Shown here in pieces: positions 1 to 8,296 of a DNA stretch of 43,627 bases (the first letter of the stretch is position 1; every line of letters starts with the position of its first letter). The notes beneath the pieces are model-generated. The model did not search any database. It saw only the letters and a program-made list of their open reading frames with translations, and was not told the DNA's origin. A program made the translations under genes and the position numbers. This DNA comes from Chthoniobacteraceae bacterium (GTDB lineage Bacteria > Verrucomicrobiota > Verrucomicrobiia > Chthoniobacterales > Chthoniobacteraceae), in contig JANNWY010000146.1 of NCBI GenBank assembly GCA_031409335.1, forward strand, positions 1 to 43,627, given 5' to 3'.

Positions 1-95
1 GCCCAACTCCGCGTCCTGCGCGCCAACCAACATTGGGACGCCTTCTGGCCCCCTCACCAACCCATCCCAAGCATGCACCACAATTAATGACACCC
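1..95 (+). mobile_element. Right end of an insertion sequence: transposase C-terminus (1..87) and probable terminal repeat ending ...TGACACCC; ISKra4/ISLre2 (UPF0236)-like
   Basis: Frame 1 reads AQLRVLRANQHWDAFWPPHQPIPSMHHN* (TAA 85-87). The LR...WDAFW tail resembles these DDE transposases. The end reads GGGTGTCA on the minus strand. Truncated by the window edge. Confidence 0.55.
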
Positions 96-380
96 TGCGG
101 CGGGCTGAACATCGAACGTCGAACATCGAACATCGAAGTCGTTGTGCGATCCGATCCAAAACCAAACGACCGTGTCTCCCTGCCTCCGCCCCTCCGCCCG
201 ATACTGCTCGCTAATCCGCACGGACCAGACATCGGGATAGCCTCCGAGTTTCTTAAAGCGCAGCGAACCATGATCGGGATTCTCTCGAAAAAGATCATAT
301 TCCCGGCGAGCAGCGGCTTTCGTCTTCGAGTCCAACTCCGCGTAGAGCGACCAAAAGCTGCGCTTGGTCCGCGAAATCAC
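84..380 (-). CDS. RelE/ParE-superfamily type II toxin
   Basis: Motifs F..NP.H.SL.FKKL, WSVRI...YRA and VVWFWIGSH.D. GTG start overlaps the upstream stop (GTGA). The last ~15 aa derive from a heptamer repeat and the IS end. Confidence 0.85.
   Translation of the reverse strand: MISRTKRSFWSLYAELDSKTKAAARREYDLFRENPDHGSLRFKKLGGYPDVWSVRISEQYRAEGRRQGDTVVWFWIGSHNDFDVRCSTFDVQPAAGCH
106..138. repeat. Tandem heptamer repeat (TCGAACA)n, about 4 units
   Basis: tgaaca tcgaacg tcgaaca tcgaaca tcgaag. Confidence 0.85.
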
Positions 381-607
381 AACCGCTTCGGATCCAGCGC
401 CTCTTCCTCCCCATCGGCGAACGCGCGTTGCATGAACTCCTCAAATTTCGGACGCGGACTGGTTTCCGAAATGATGCGCTCCCAAGCCGCGTCCCCCGGC
501 GAATCAGCGCCGTGTTGAAGCGCGCGGGCAAACTTCGCGACAGCCGCGACCTTCTCCTCCGGCAGCGAGTCGCAGATTTCGATGATTTCCTCAGTCAACG
601 TGCTCAT
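377..607 (-). CDS. Putative antitoxin, 76 aa
   Basis: Small acidic protein MSTLTEEIIEICDSLPEEKVAAVAKFARAL..., directly upstream of and coupled to the toxin. Confidence 0.75.
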   Translation of the reverse strand: MSTLTEEIIEICDSLPEEKVAAVAKFARALQHGADSPGDAAWERIISETSPRPKFEEFMQRAFADGEEEALDPKRL

Positions 608-653
608 TGGTGCTCGGCAAGAGTAGGCAAATCCCGCAACTCTGCCACCGAAG

Positions 654-1046
654 ATGTCCACGACCTTTCAAGCAAATAAACTCGCGCGCCTTGCCGCGCT
701 CGGCCTGACCGAGTCGGAGTTCGAGGAAAAGTTCGCGCGTTCCTCGGGGCCCGGCGGGCAGCATGTGAACAAGGTCTCGACCGCGGTGACGCTGCGCCAC
801 GAGCCGAGCGGCGTGGCGGTGACGGTGCAGGATACGCGGTCGCAATCCATGAATCGCCAGGTCGCGTGGGAGCGCATTTTGGATGCGATGGAAAAGGCGC
901 GGCGCGACGCAAAGGCGGCGGCGAAATCCGCGCGGGAAAAAAAGCGGCGGCAGAATGCGAAACGTCCGTGGGGCGTGAAGCAGCGGATGCTCGATTCCAA
1001 AACGCGGCGAGGGAAGACGAAGAAGCTGCGGAGCAAGGATTGGTGA
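654..1046 (+). CDS. arfB: ArfB/YaeJ-like peptidyl-tRNA hydrolase (ribosome rescue, RF-1 domain)
   Basis: RSSGPGGQHVNK GGQ motif, RSQ..N motif, basic C-terminal tail. Confidence 0.8.
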   Translation: MSTTFQANKLARLAALGLTESEFEEKFARSSGPGGQHVNKVSTAVTLRHEPSGVAVTVQDTRSQSMNRQVAWERILDAMEKARRDAKAAAKSAREKKRRQNAKRPWGVKQRMLDSKTRRGKTKKLRSKDW

Positions 1047-1050
1047 ACGA

Positions 1051-1208
1051 GGAAAATTCCAAGCTCCAGATTCCAATTTCAAAATAAATTTCAAAGGGCG
1101 GAAAGGGGGCAAATTCCAAGAGCGGATTTGCAGACGCGGGGCTTTGGAATTTGGAGGCTGGGATTTGAAATTTATTTGGAATTTGGAATCTGGTTCTTGG
1201 AATTTCCC
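1051..1208. repeat. AT-rich palindromic element built of (AATTCCA)-like heptamers
   Basis: 1051-1095 vs reverse complement of 1164-1208: 40/45 identical. Inner pair 1110-1120 / 1143-1153. Confidence 0.85.
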
Positions 1209-1244
1209 GCAAGCGCGGGGCATAGTCCGCGCTTCATTTTTCCC

Positions 1245-2339
1245 ATGTCTCAGAGCCCTCTTCACGATCGCGGCGTTATCGCCCGTTACCGGCAGTTCCT
1301 GCCCGTCACGGATGCGACGCCCGTCATTTCGCTGAACGAAGGTTCCACTCCGCTGATCCATTCGCCGAAGCTCAGCGCGCGCGTCGGGCGCGGGTGCGAG
1401 ATTTATATCAAATACGAAGGGCTGAATCCGACCGGCTCGTTCAAGGATCGCGGGATGACGATGGCGATTTCCAAAGCCGTGGAAGACGGGGCGCGCGCGG
1501 TGATTTGCGCCTCGACGGGGAATACCAGCGCGGCGGCGGCGGCGTATGCGGCGCGGGCGGGCGTGACTTGTGTGGTGCTGCTGCCAGCGGGGAAAATCGC
1601 GTTTGGAAAACTGGCGCAGGCATTCATTTACGGCGCGAAAGTCGTGGCCATCGAGGGGAATTTTGATGACGCGCTGCGGCTCGTGCGCGAGCTGGGCGAA
1701 AGCGGGCAATTTGCGATCGTGAACTCGATCAATCCGCATCGCATCGACGGGCAGAAGACGGCGGCATTTGAGATCATCGAGGAACTCGGCGACGCACCGG
1801 ATTTGCATGTGATCCCGGTCGGGAACGCGGGAAACATCAGCGCGTATTGGAAAGGCTACCGCGAGTTCAACGCGCTCGGACGTTCCACCAAACTGCCGCG
1901 CATGGCTGGCTTTCAGGCTGCGGGATCGGCTCCGATTTTCCACGGCAAAGTCGTCGAGAAACCCGAGACGATCGCCACCGCGATCCGCATCGGAAATCCC
2001 GCGAGCTGGGAGATGGCGAATGCGGCGATCAAGGATTCCGGCGGCTCGATCGACATCGTGACCGACGCGGAAATCCTCTCCGCGCAGCAATGGCTCGCCG
2101 CGAATGAAGGCATCTTCGTCGAGCCCGCCAGCGCCGCGAGCATCGCGGGACTTTTCAAATGTGTGGGCAATGAGCGCTGTGAAATTTGCCCGCTCCCGAA
2201 AATTCCCGAAGGCAGCACCATCGTCTGCACCGTGACCGGCCACGGTCTCAAAGACCCCGACATCGCCCGCGAACAATGCGGCTCGATCATCCCCGCGAAG
2301 GCGGAAGTGGGTGAAATCCTGCGGCTGCTGGAAAAGTAG
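1245..2339 (+). CDS. thrC: Threonine synthase
   Basis: [16 protein letters not shown] (PLP lysine), [34 protein letters not shown] at 1245. Confidence 0.95.
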   Translation: MSQSPLHDRGVIARYRQFLPVTDATPVISLNEGSTPLIHSPKLSARVGRGCEIYIKYEGLNPTGSFKDRGMTMAISKAVEDGARAVICASTGNTSAAAAAYAARAGVTCVVLLPAGKIAFGKLAQAFIYGAKVVAIEGNFDDALRLVRELGESGQFAIVNSINPHRIDGQKTAAFEIIEELGDAPDLHVIPVGNAGNISAYWKGYREFNALGRSTKLPRMAGFQAAGSAPIFHGKVVEKPETIATAIRIGNPASWEMANAAIKDSGGSIDIVTDAEILSAQQWLAANEGIFVEPASAASIAGLFKCVGNERCEICPLPKIPEGSTIVCTVTGHGLKDPDIAREQCGSIIPAKAEVGEILRLLEK

Positions 2340-2368
2340 CGGTCGCGCAGGCTGCGCCGGGCACGCGA

Positions 2369-2401
2369 AATCCGGCGGGCTTGGTGAGAGCCCGCCGGAT
2401 T
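2369..2401. terminator. Hairpin, likely terminator between convergent thrC and hsp20
   Basis: AATCCGGCGGGCT-tggtgag-AGCCCGCCGGATT, 13-bp stem. Confidence 0.7.
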
Positions 2402-2418
2402 GTTGATTGGTGGCGTTT

Positions 2419-2868
2419 TTAGGAAACCGAGACCGCGATTTCCTTTGGTTTTGCGTCTTCGGCTTTCGGCAATTCGATGGTGAGGATGCCGTCTTTGTAG
2501 TTGGCGACGATCTTCGTGGAATCGACCGCGGCGAGGAGTTTCACGCTGCGCTCGAATTTTCCGAAGAATCGCTCGCTGCGGAATGTTTCGCCGTCCTTGA
2601 AGGTGCGCTCGTCTTTCCGCTCGCCGGAAACCGTGAGCACGCCTTCGTGGAGCGAGATTTTGATGTCTTCCTTCTTCAAACCCGGCAGTTCGAGGCTGAT
2701 GAAGTAGCGGTCTTTGTCGGCATGCACGTCGAGCGCCGGCGACCAGGCGACTTCAGGGCTCGTGGATGAGGTATCGAAGAGTCGGCTCAGTTCATTTCGC
2801 AGCAGCGCGAAGCGGTCAAACGAGAGCGGGTTGTAGAGTTCAGGAGACTTGTGGCTGATGAGGTTCAT
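2419..2868 (-). CDS. Hsp20/alpha-crystallin small heat shock protein
   Basis: WSPALDV, ELPGLKKEDIKI, ERFFGKFERS, ANYKDGILTIELPK, C-terminal IAV. ATG at 2868. Confidence 0.95.
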   Translation of the reverse strand: MNLISHKSPELYNPLSFDRFALLRNELSRLFDTSSTSPEVAWSPALDVHADKDRYFISLELPGLKKEDIKISLHEGVLTVSGERKDERTFKDGETFRSERFFGKFERSVKLLAAVDSTKIVANYKDGILTIELPKAEDAKPKEIAVSVS

Positions 2869-2910
2869 AGGTTTGTTTTTGTGAAGGTTAAATGTTGCGG
2901 CTTCACTAAT

Positions 2911-2926
2911 AGCTTTCGGAATGCCA
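2911..2926 (-). promoter_or_regulatory. Putative sigma-54 -24/-12 promoter of hsp20
   Basis: Minus strand TGGCATTCCGAAAGCT: GG and GC at canonical spacing, about 40 bp before the ATG. Confidence 0.5.
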
Positions 2927-3075
2927 TGCGTTTTCTGAATAGGTCGAATGAGTCCTATGTGACTCGTGAGAGACGATATACAAAACGTGTCGCACTGAGC
3001 CATTGTTAGAGTAAGCGCCTCTATGGCACACATTCCGCGAACGATGATGACGCAGAATCGCGCCACGATGGCACG

Positions 3076-4062
3076 TTATTCGCCGAGTGCGCTCTTATAC
3101 ATCGGAGCGATGGTCGTCTGGATCACGCCGAGGATTCTCCAGCCCATGTAAACCACGATCGCGATGTACAGCAGCTTTGGCAGCCAGTCGGCCAGCGTCT
3201 CCAGCCGATCGAGCGCTTCCTGTCGGGATTCCGCCGCGAGCCGGCTCAATTCCTCGTCCAATTTCCCCGTCTCCTCGCCGACGATGATCGCCTGCATCAT
3301 CTCCTCTGGAAATGCACCGCTGGTCGCGAGCAGCGGCCCGACTTGCGCGCCGCCGCGCACCTGGGGCACTGCGGCATCGACCGCCGCCCGGATGCTCCCG
3401 CTGCGGCTCGATCGGCCGGCGGCGATCAGCGCGTCGATGACATTCACGCCCGCATCGAGCTGGAGGCCATAGACCGTGCAGAAACGCGAGAGCGCGAACG
3501 CACGCCGCACTTTCCCGATCAGCGGGATCGCGTTCACGAACCGGTCCACGAATCCGCTGCCAGCCCCCAAATCGCGGAGCAACGGCGTGAGCATCGCGAC
3601 GATCGCGACCGCTGCGTAGATGAAGATGAACGTGCTGCCGACCTGGCGGAAAAACTCGTGGGCGCTTTTCAAAACGAACGTTGGCGCGGCGAGGACGAGG
3701 ATGCCGAAATGCAGGAGAAAAATCGGGTACGTCAGCCGTTTGATGATCGTCGCGCGGGCCTGCGCTAGTGCCCCGAAGTATTTGGAAAGTTCGCTCAGCC
3801 CGCGATCGAGCTGGCCGCTTTTTTCCACGGCGCTGAGCACGGACGACTCGAGTGGCGTGACCGTGGAACGCTGTGCGGCAAAGGCTTCGCCGACTGTGCG
3901 CCCGTTTGCGAGGGACTTGCGCGCAGCGTCCACGAGTCGGCGCGCGTCGCCGCGGGTGGTGCTGGCGAGTTTCTCCAGCGCCTTCGGAAATGGCACGCCG
4001 TTGCGGATGAGCTGCGCGAGGCTGTGGTAAAAGCTCTGCTTCTGCCGGAGGCTGAGTGACAC
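3076..4062 (-). CDS. Type II secretion/type IV pilus F-family platform protein (GspF/PilC-like)
   Basis: Two T2SSF-like repeats (LAQLIRNGVP...EKSGQLD; LDAGVN...GEETGKLDEEL) with TM helices. GTG start. Confidence 0.9.
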   Translation of the reverse strand: MSLSLRQKQSFYHSLAQLIRNGVPFPKALEKLASTTRGDARRLVDAARKSLANGRTVGEAFAAQRSTVTPLESSVLSAVEKSGQLDRGLSELSKYFGALAQARATIIKRLTYPIFLLHFGILVLAAPTFVLKSAHEFFRQVGSTFIFIYAAVAIVAMLTPLLRDLGAGSGFVDRFVNAIPLIGKVRRAFALSRFCTVYGLQLDAGVNVIDALIAAGRSSRSGSIRAAVDAAVPQVRGGAQVGPLLATSGAFPEEMMQAIIVGEETGKLDEELSRLAAESRQEALDRLETLADWLPKLLYIAIVVYMGWRILGVIQTTIAPMYKSALGE

Positions 4063-4114
4063 GCCGCGAAATTCCGGGTTTCAACGCCGCGGCACAAGGC
4101 TTAATGCTGCGCGG

Positions 4115-5119
4115 ATGGACGATGAGAAATTCATGCGCGCCGCTTTGCGCGAAGCGAGGCGCGGACTCGGGCAGACGAGCCCGAATCCCGCCGTCGGCGC
4201 GGTGATCGTGCGCGGCGGGCGTGTGATCGCGCGGGGTTTTCACCGCTGCGCGGGAAAGCCGCACGCGGAAATCGAGGCGCTCGCGGCTTTGAAAAATCCG
4301 CAGCTCGCGCGCGGCGCGGCGATCTACGTGACGCTGGAGCCATGCTCCACACACGGGCGCACGCCGCCTTGCGTGGAGGCGATTTCGCGGGCGGGATTTT
4401 CGCGCGTGGTGATCGGTGCGATCGACCCGAATCCTGCGCACGCCGGGCACGGCGTGGACTTGCTGAAGGCGGCAGGCGTCGCAGTTTGCGCGGGCGTTTT
4501 GGAAGACGAATGCCGCGAATTGAACGTGGCTTTCAACAAATGGATCGTGACCGGAATGCCATTCGTCATCGCGAAAGCCGCGCTCTCGCTCGATGGCCGG
4601 CTCACGCGTCCGTCCAGCGAGGGCCAGTGGCTTTCGTGCGCGGCATCACGCACGGACGCGCACCGGCTGCGGGCGAGCGTCGATGCGATCCTCGTCGGCG
4701 CTGGGACGGTGCGCGCGGACGATCCGCGGCTAACGATTCGCGGAGCGAAATCCGCGCGCCAGCCTTGGCGTGTCGTCCTCGCGGGGAAAAAACCGCTTCC
4801 GAAAAGCGCGCATCTTTTCACCGACGAACATCGCAAGCGGACGCTGGTCTTTCGCGGAAAAACTCTCCGCGCCGTCCTGCGCGAACTCGGTCGAAAACAA
4901 ATCACGAGTGTGCTGATCGAAGGCGGCGGCGCGGTGCTCGGCGAGGCCTTCGACCGGCAGTTGGTCGATCGCGTCCACTTTTATCTCACGCCGATGCTTT
5001 GCGGCGGGCCGGATGTGATCGGCGGCCTCGGCGCTTCATCGAGCGCGGCTTCGCTCGCGCTAAAAAATCCGCGCTACACAAAGATCGGGAGCGACCTGCG
5101 GCTCACGGCGGACGTGTGA
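4115..5119 (+). CDS. ribD: Riboflavin biosynthesis deaminase/reductase
   Basis: PNPAVGAV, HAE, VTLEPCSTHGRTPPC, SLDG, DDPRLTIR, IEGG. Confidence 0.95.
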   Translation: MDDEKFMRAALREARRGLGQTSPNPAVGAVIVRGGRVIARGFHRCAGKPHAEIEALAALKNPQLARGAAIYVTLEPCSTHGRTPPCVEAISRAGFSRVVIGAIDPNPAHAGHGVDLLKAAGVAVCAGVLEDECRELNVAFNKWIVTGMPFVIAKAALSLDGRLTRPSSEGQWLSCAASRTDAHRLRASVDAILVGAGTVRADDPRLTIRGAKSARQPWRVVLAGKKPLPKSAHLFTDEHRKRTLVFRGKTLRAVLRELGRKQITSVLIEGGGAVLGEAFDRQLVDRVHFYLTPMLCGGPDVIGGLGASSSAASLALKNPRYTKIGSDLRLTADV

Positions 5120-5123
5120 CCGG

Positions 5124-6233
5124 CTATTTTTTCCCAAACAGAAACTGCAGCGGCGCACCCAGCCGCGCCCGCCACGCGGACAGCGAGTGATCGGTACCTT
5201 CCGCGCACAAGACCTTGAAATCGCGCCCTTCGACGAAACCTTTCCCCGCGAGCACGGCGTTCAGTTTTTTTTGAAACGGTGCGGCGTTCCGGTCTTCGCC
5301 AAAAGTGCCGTGGTCGAAGTAAAGTTTCCGATCCGGGCGGAACGTGGGCTCAACAGCCACCTGCTGAATGATCTCGCAATTTTCCAGCGTATCGCCGCTG
5401 AGATCTTCGTAGGCCACGGAGAGGCACGCGAACTTGCCAAACACATGCGCGTGGCGCAGCGCCATGAAGAGCGCGAGCGATCCGCCGAGCGAAAAGCCAA
5501 GCACGCCGGTATTCGCGGGGTCCGTGAGGACGCGGTCGCGACACACGGTGTAGTCGATGAATGGCTTCAAATCGTGGACGAGGAAATCCGCCGTGCGCGG
5601 TCCGTCGCACTGCGGCGAAAGCTCAATGTCGCGCTGGCCAAAGCCTTCCCGATGAAACACGGCAACGAGCACAATCTCCGGGATCAATCCGCCGCCCGAC
5701 ATGCCGCGCACCCAGGCATCCACGGCGATGGTTTCATTGTGCGAATCTTGAAACGCCTGCAGCGAATCCTGCCCGTCCAGCAGATACAGCACGGGATGCT
5801 TCGAGTCGTGGCTCTGCATGTAACCTGGCGGAAGCCAGATGCAGACGCGCCGGGTTTGCTCCAGTTTTTCGGCGAATAGCTCGAGTTCGATCGTCTTGCC
5901 ATAAATCAAGTCCGGCTCGATCGGCGGGCAGTCTTTCCAGTGATCGACCGTCACCGGCACGGTCAGATCGTGCGCGATGAGATAGTGGTAGTTCAGCGGA
6001 ATCGCGCCGTCCTTGTAAGTCTCCTCGGTCAACCACGAGCCGCGAGTGACCTTAAACTCGACCAAGCCATAAGGCAGATCGGCCGCGCCGAAAAAGCGGC
6101 CATCCGGCTGGCGTTCGAGGACGAGCCCTTTCTCTGGCTGCCAGCTTCCCAGCGCGGGATCGGTGCCCACGATCGCAACCTGCTGGCGGGTCGCGTCCGC
6201 CGGGATGGTGACTTCAAAGGAAAGACGGGGCAT
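5124..6233 (-). CDS. CBM20-like domain plus alpha/beta-hydrolase (esterase family)
   Basis: N-terminal VAIVG...LGSWQP...EFKVTRGSW; WLPPGY...PVLYLLDGQ; GFSLGG nucleophile elbow; GTDHS..AW..R. ATG at 6233. Confidence 0.85.
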   Translation of the reverse strand: MPRLSFEVTIPADATRQQVAIVGTDPALGSWQPEKGLVLERQPDGRFFGAADLPYGLVEFKVTRGSWLTEETYKDGAIPLNYHYLIAHDLTVPVTVDHWKDCPPIEPDLIYGKTIELELFAEKLEQTRRVCIWLPPGYMQSHDSKHPVLYLLDGQDSLQAFQDSHNETIAVDAWVRGMSGGGLIPEIVLVAVFHREGFGQRDIELSPQCDGPRTADFLVHDLKPFIDYTVCRDRVLTDPANTGVLGFSLGGSLALFMALRHAHVFGKFACLSVAYEDLSGDTLENCEIIQQVAVEPTFRPDRKLYFDHGTFGEDRNAAPFQKKLNAVLAGKGFVEGRDFKVLCAEGTDHSLSAWRARLGAPLQFLFGKK

Positions 6234-6409
6234 TTTGAAAACGGGGAGTTGAGTGTTGAAAGTTGACAGCCGGTCTGCGGCAGTTTGTGTGCCGCTAGCC
6301 AAACGACGTTATGCGATGCTAGCTTGAAACGCACCGGTTGTCTTGCAGCCGTGCTTTCCGAACCGGCGGCACTCAACTTTCAACCCTCTACTCTCAACTT
6401 CTTCAAATG
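6231..6409. repeat. Inverted heptamer (CTCTCAA-like) arrays forming the leaders of two divergent genes
   Basis: 6244-6270 gggagttgagtgttgaaagttgacagc pairs with 6369-6395 gcactcaactttcaaccctctactctc. Both leaders end in TTCAAA(A)TG. Confidence 0.75.
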
Positions 6410-7633
6410 GCCAACGCACTAGTGATCGGAATGGGCGGAGTCGGCTCTGTCATCGGGCAGAAGCTGCACGACTATGAATGCTTCGACAAAATCTACCTCG
6501 CGGACATCGACCCGACCTTTGCCCAGCACCTGCACGGGCGGACGCTGGACAGCCGCTTCGAGGTCGCCACGCTCAATGCGATGGAGACCCACAAGCTCGC
6601 CGCTTTCATGCGCGAAAAGAAGATCGACGTGGCGCTGAATGCCTGCACCTGGCACACCAATCACTCCGTCCTCGAAGCCTGCTACGAGGCCGGCGCGCAC
6701 TATCTCGACATGGCGGCGGACATCTATTCGCCGCCTGGCCTGAAGCGCCCGACGAAGAACAGCTACGAGGCGGAGATCGAGAAATTCGACGCCAGATTTC
6801 GCGAGAAAAATCTCGCCGGCATCCTCTGCATGGGTTGCGACCCTGGTGCGGTAAATGTCTTCGCGCGCTGGGCGATGGACCGCCTGGACACCGCGGAATC
6901 CATCCGCGTCCTCGATGCCGACAACGCCGAAGTCCGCGGCTACCGCTTCGCCGTGCTGTTCTCGCCGGAGACGCTTTTCGAGGAGCTCGGTGCGATGCCT
7001 TATTTTGTAAAAGACGGTCGCGTGACATCCGGAAAACCGCTCGAAACCGAGATCGAATGGTTCCGTTTCCCGCCGCCACTCGGGCTGATGAAAACCTTCG
7101 CCGTCGCGCATGAGGAAGGCGTGAGCCTCGGTCTCTATCCGCCGTTTGTGGAGAAGGGCGTGCGTTACTCCGTCTTCAAATACACGCTCAGCGACAAGGT
7201 CGTCGGCATCGCGAAATCGCTCGCGCTGCTTGATGTCGATACGTGGAAAAAGGTGAAGGTCGATGGCGTCGAAGTCGCGCCCGTGCGCGTCGTCTGCGCG
7301 AACCTGCCAAAGCCCGCCGCGCTCGGCGCGAACGTCGATGGCTTTTCCTGCGTCGGCACTGAAGTCTGCGGCACGAAGAACGGAAAGCGCGTGGAGTATT
7401 TCGTGTACACGATGGATGACCACCGCGAGACATACCAAAAATACGGCTACTCGCTCACCGTCGTGCAGACCGGGATCCCGCCCGCGCTCGCGGCAAAACT
7501 GCTCATCACCGGCGAGATCAAGGAGCGCGGCGTGATGATGCCCGAGGCGCTCGAACCCGACGCGCTAATGGACAACTTCTCAAAGGAAGGACTGAGAATT
7601 TTCGTCGAAAAACGCGAGGTCGAGGAACGCTGA
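6407..7633 (+). CDS. Saccharopine dehydrogenase family protein (carboxy(nor)spermidine dehydrogenase-like)
   Basis: GMGGVG Rossmann motif, HYLDMA, GCDPG, FSPE, HEE..SL, TGIP. Confidence 0.85.
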   Translation: MANALVIGMGGVGSVIGQKLHDYECFDKIYLADIDPTFAQHLHGRTLDSRFEVATLNAMETHKLAAFMREKKIDVALNACTWHTNHSVLEACYEAGAHYLDMAADIYSPPGLKRPTKNSYEAEIEKFDARFREKNLAGILCMGCDPGAVNVFARWAMDRLDTAESIRVLDADNAEVRGYRFAVLFSPETLFEELGAMPYFVKDGRVTSGKPLETEIEWFRFPPPLGLMKTFAVAHEEGVSLGLYPPFVEKGVRYSVFKYTLSDKVVGIAKSLALLDVDTWKKVKVDGVEVAPVRVVCANLPKPAALGANVDGFSCVGTEVCGTKNGKRVEYFVYTMDDHRETYQKYGYSLTVVQTGIPPALAAKLLITGEIKERGVMMPEALEPDALMDNFSKEGLRIFVEKREVEER

Positions 7634-7634
7634 A

Positions 7635-8210
7635 TCAGCGCGATCCGGCGCGACCACGATGCGCGATGAAGCCGTCCGCAAAATCCATCACGCACATCGA
7701 GCCGTAGCGCGCGTGCGCGCCGGTGGCGATGCCGGTGACGCGGAAGGCGCGGCTGAAAATGTTCGCGCGATGTTTCCGAAAAAGCGTGCCCTCATCGACG
7801 ATCAACCGGATCACCGTCGCACGCGCGCTACCACCGCCGTAGTCGATGTTTTCCCCCACCGATCCGAGCCACGTGCCGTGCCGCGCGATTCGCCGGAACG
7901 GGCTCTCGCCGCGGCGACCCGAGTGGCCCACGGCACCGCGCGCGCCCTGCTCGGAAACGTGCTCGCGGGCGGCCCCCGCGAGCGCGCTGGAATGCCGCAG
8001 CGGCGGCAGCTGCGCGACCTTCTGGAGAAAATGGACCGCCTCCGTCGCCGCCCGGCCCGGCCTCGCCGAACGCGCCACGATCCGCGCATATTCGCGCGGC
8101 TGGGTGCGCGCGAGATTCATCTCCGCCAGGACTTCGCGCGCATCGTCGTCGTCCGCGCGCAGCGCCATCGGCAGTGCCATGCACACGAGCAGGACGAGCG
8201 ATTGTTTCAT
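7635..8210 (-). CDS. Secreted CAP/SCP-domain protein
   Basis: Signal peptide; EMNLART.P; AAREH...GH; GENI.YG; IVDEG....HRANI. Confidence 0.85.
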   Translation of the reverse strand: MKQSLVLLVCMALPMALRADDDDAREVLAEMNLARTQPREYARIVARSARPGRAATEAVHFLQKVAQLPPLRHSSALAGAAREHVSEQGARGAVGHSGRRGESPFRRIARHGTWLGSVGENIDYGGGSARATVIRLIVDEGTLFRKHRANIFSRAFRVTGIATGAHARYGSMCVMDFADGFIAHRGRAGSR

Positions 8211-8296
8211 CCCACCCCGTCAAAGCAGGATGGATACCGACCCGTGAAACCGCGCGCGCGATTGCCAGCGCGCTGCGAAAGGTGGATCTTGAAAAC

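Noticed and set aside
2988..3017. CIRCE-like GCACT...GAGT upstream of hsp20
   Set aside because: Wrong spacer length and poor arm match to TTAGCACTC-N9-GAGTGCTAA
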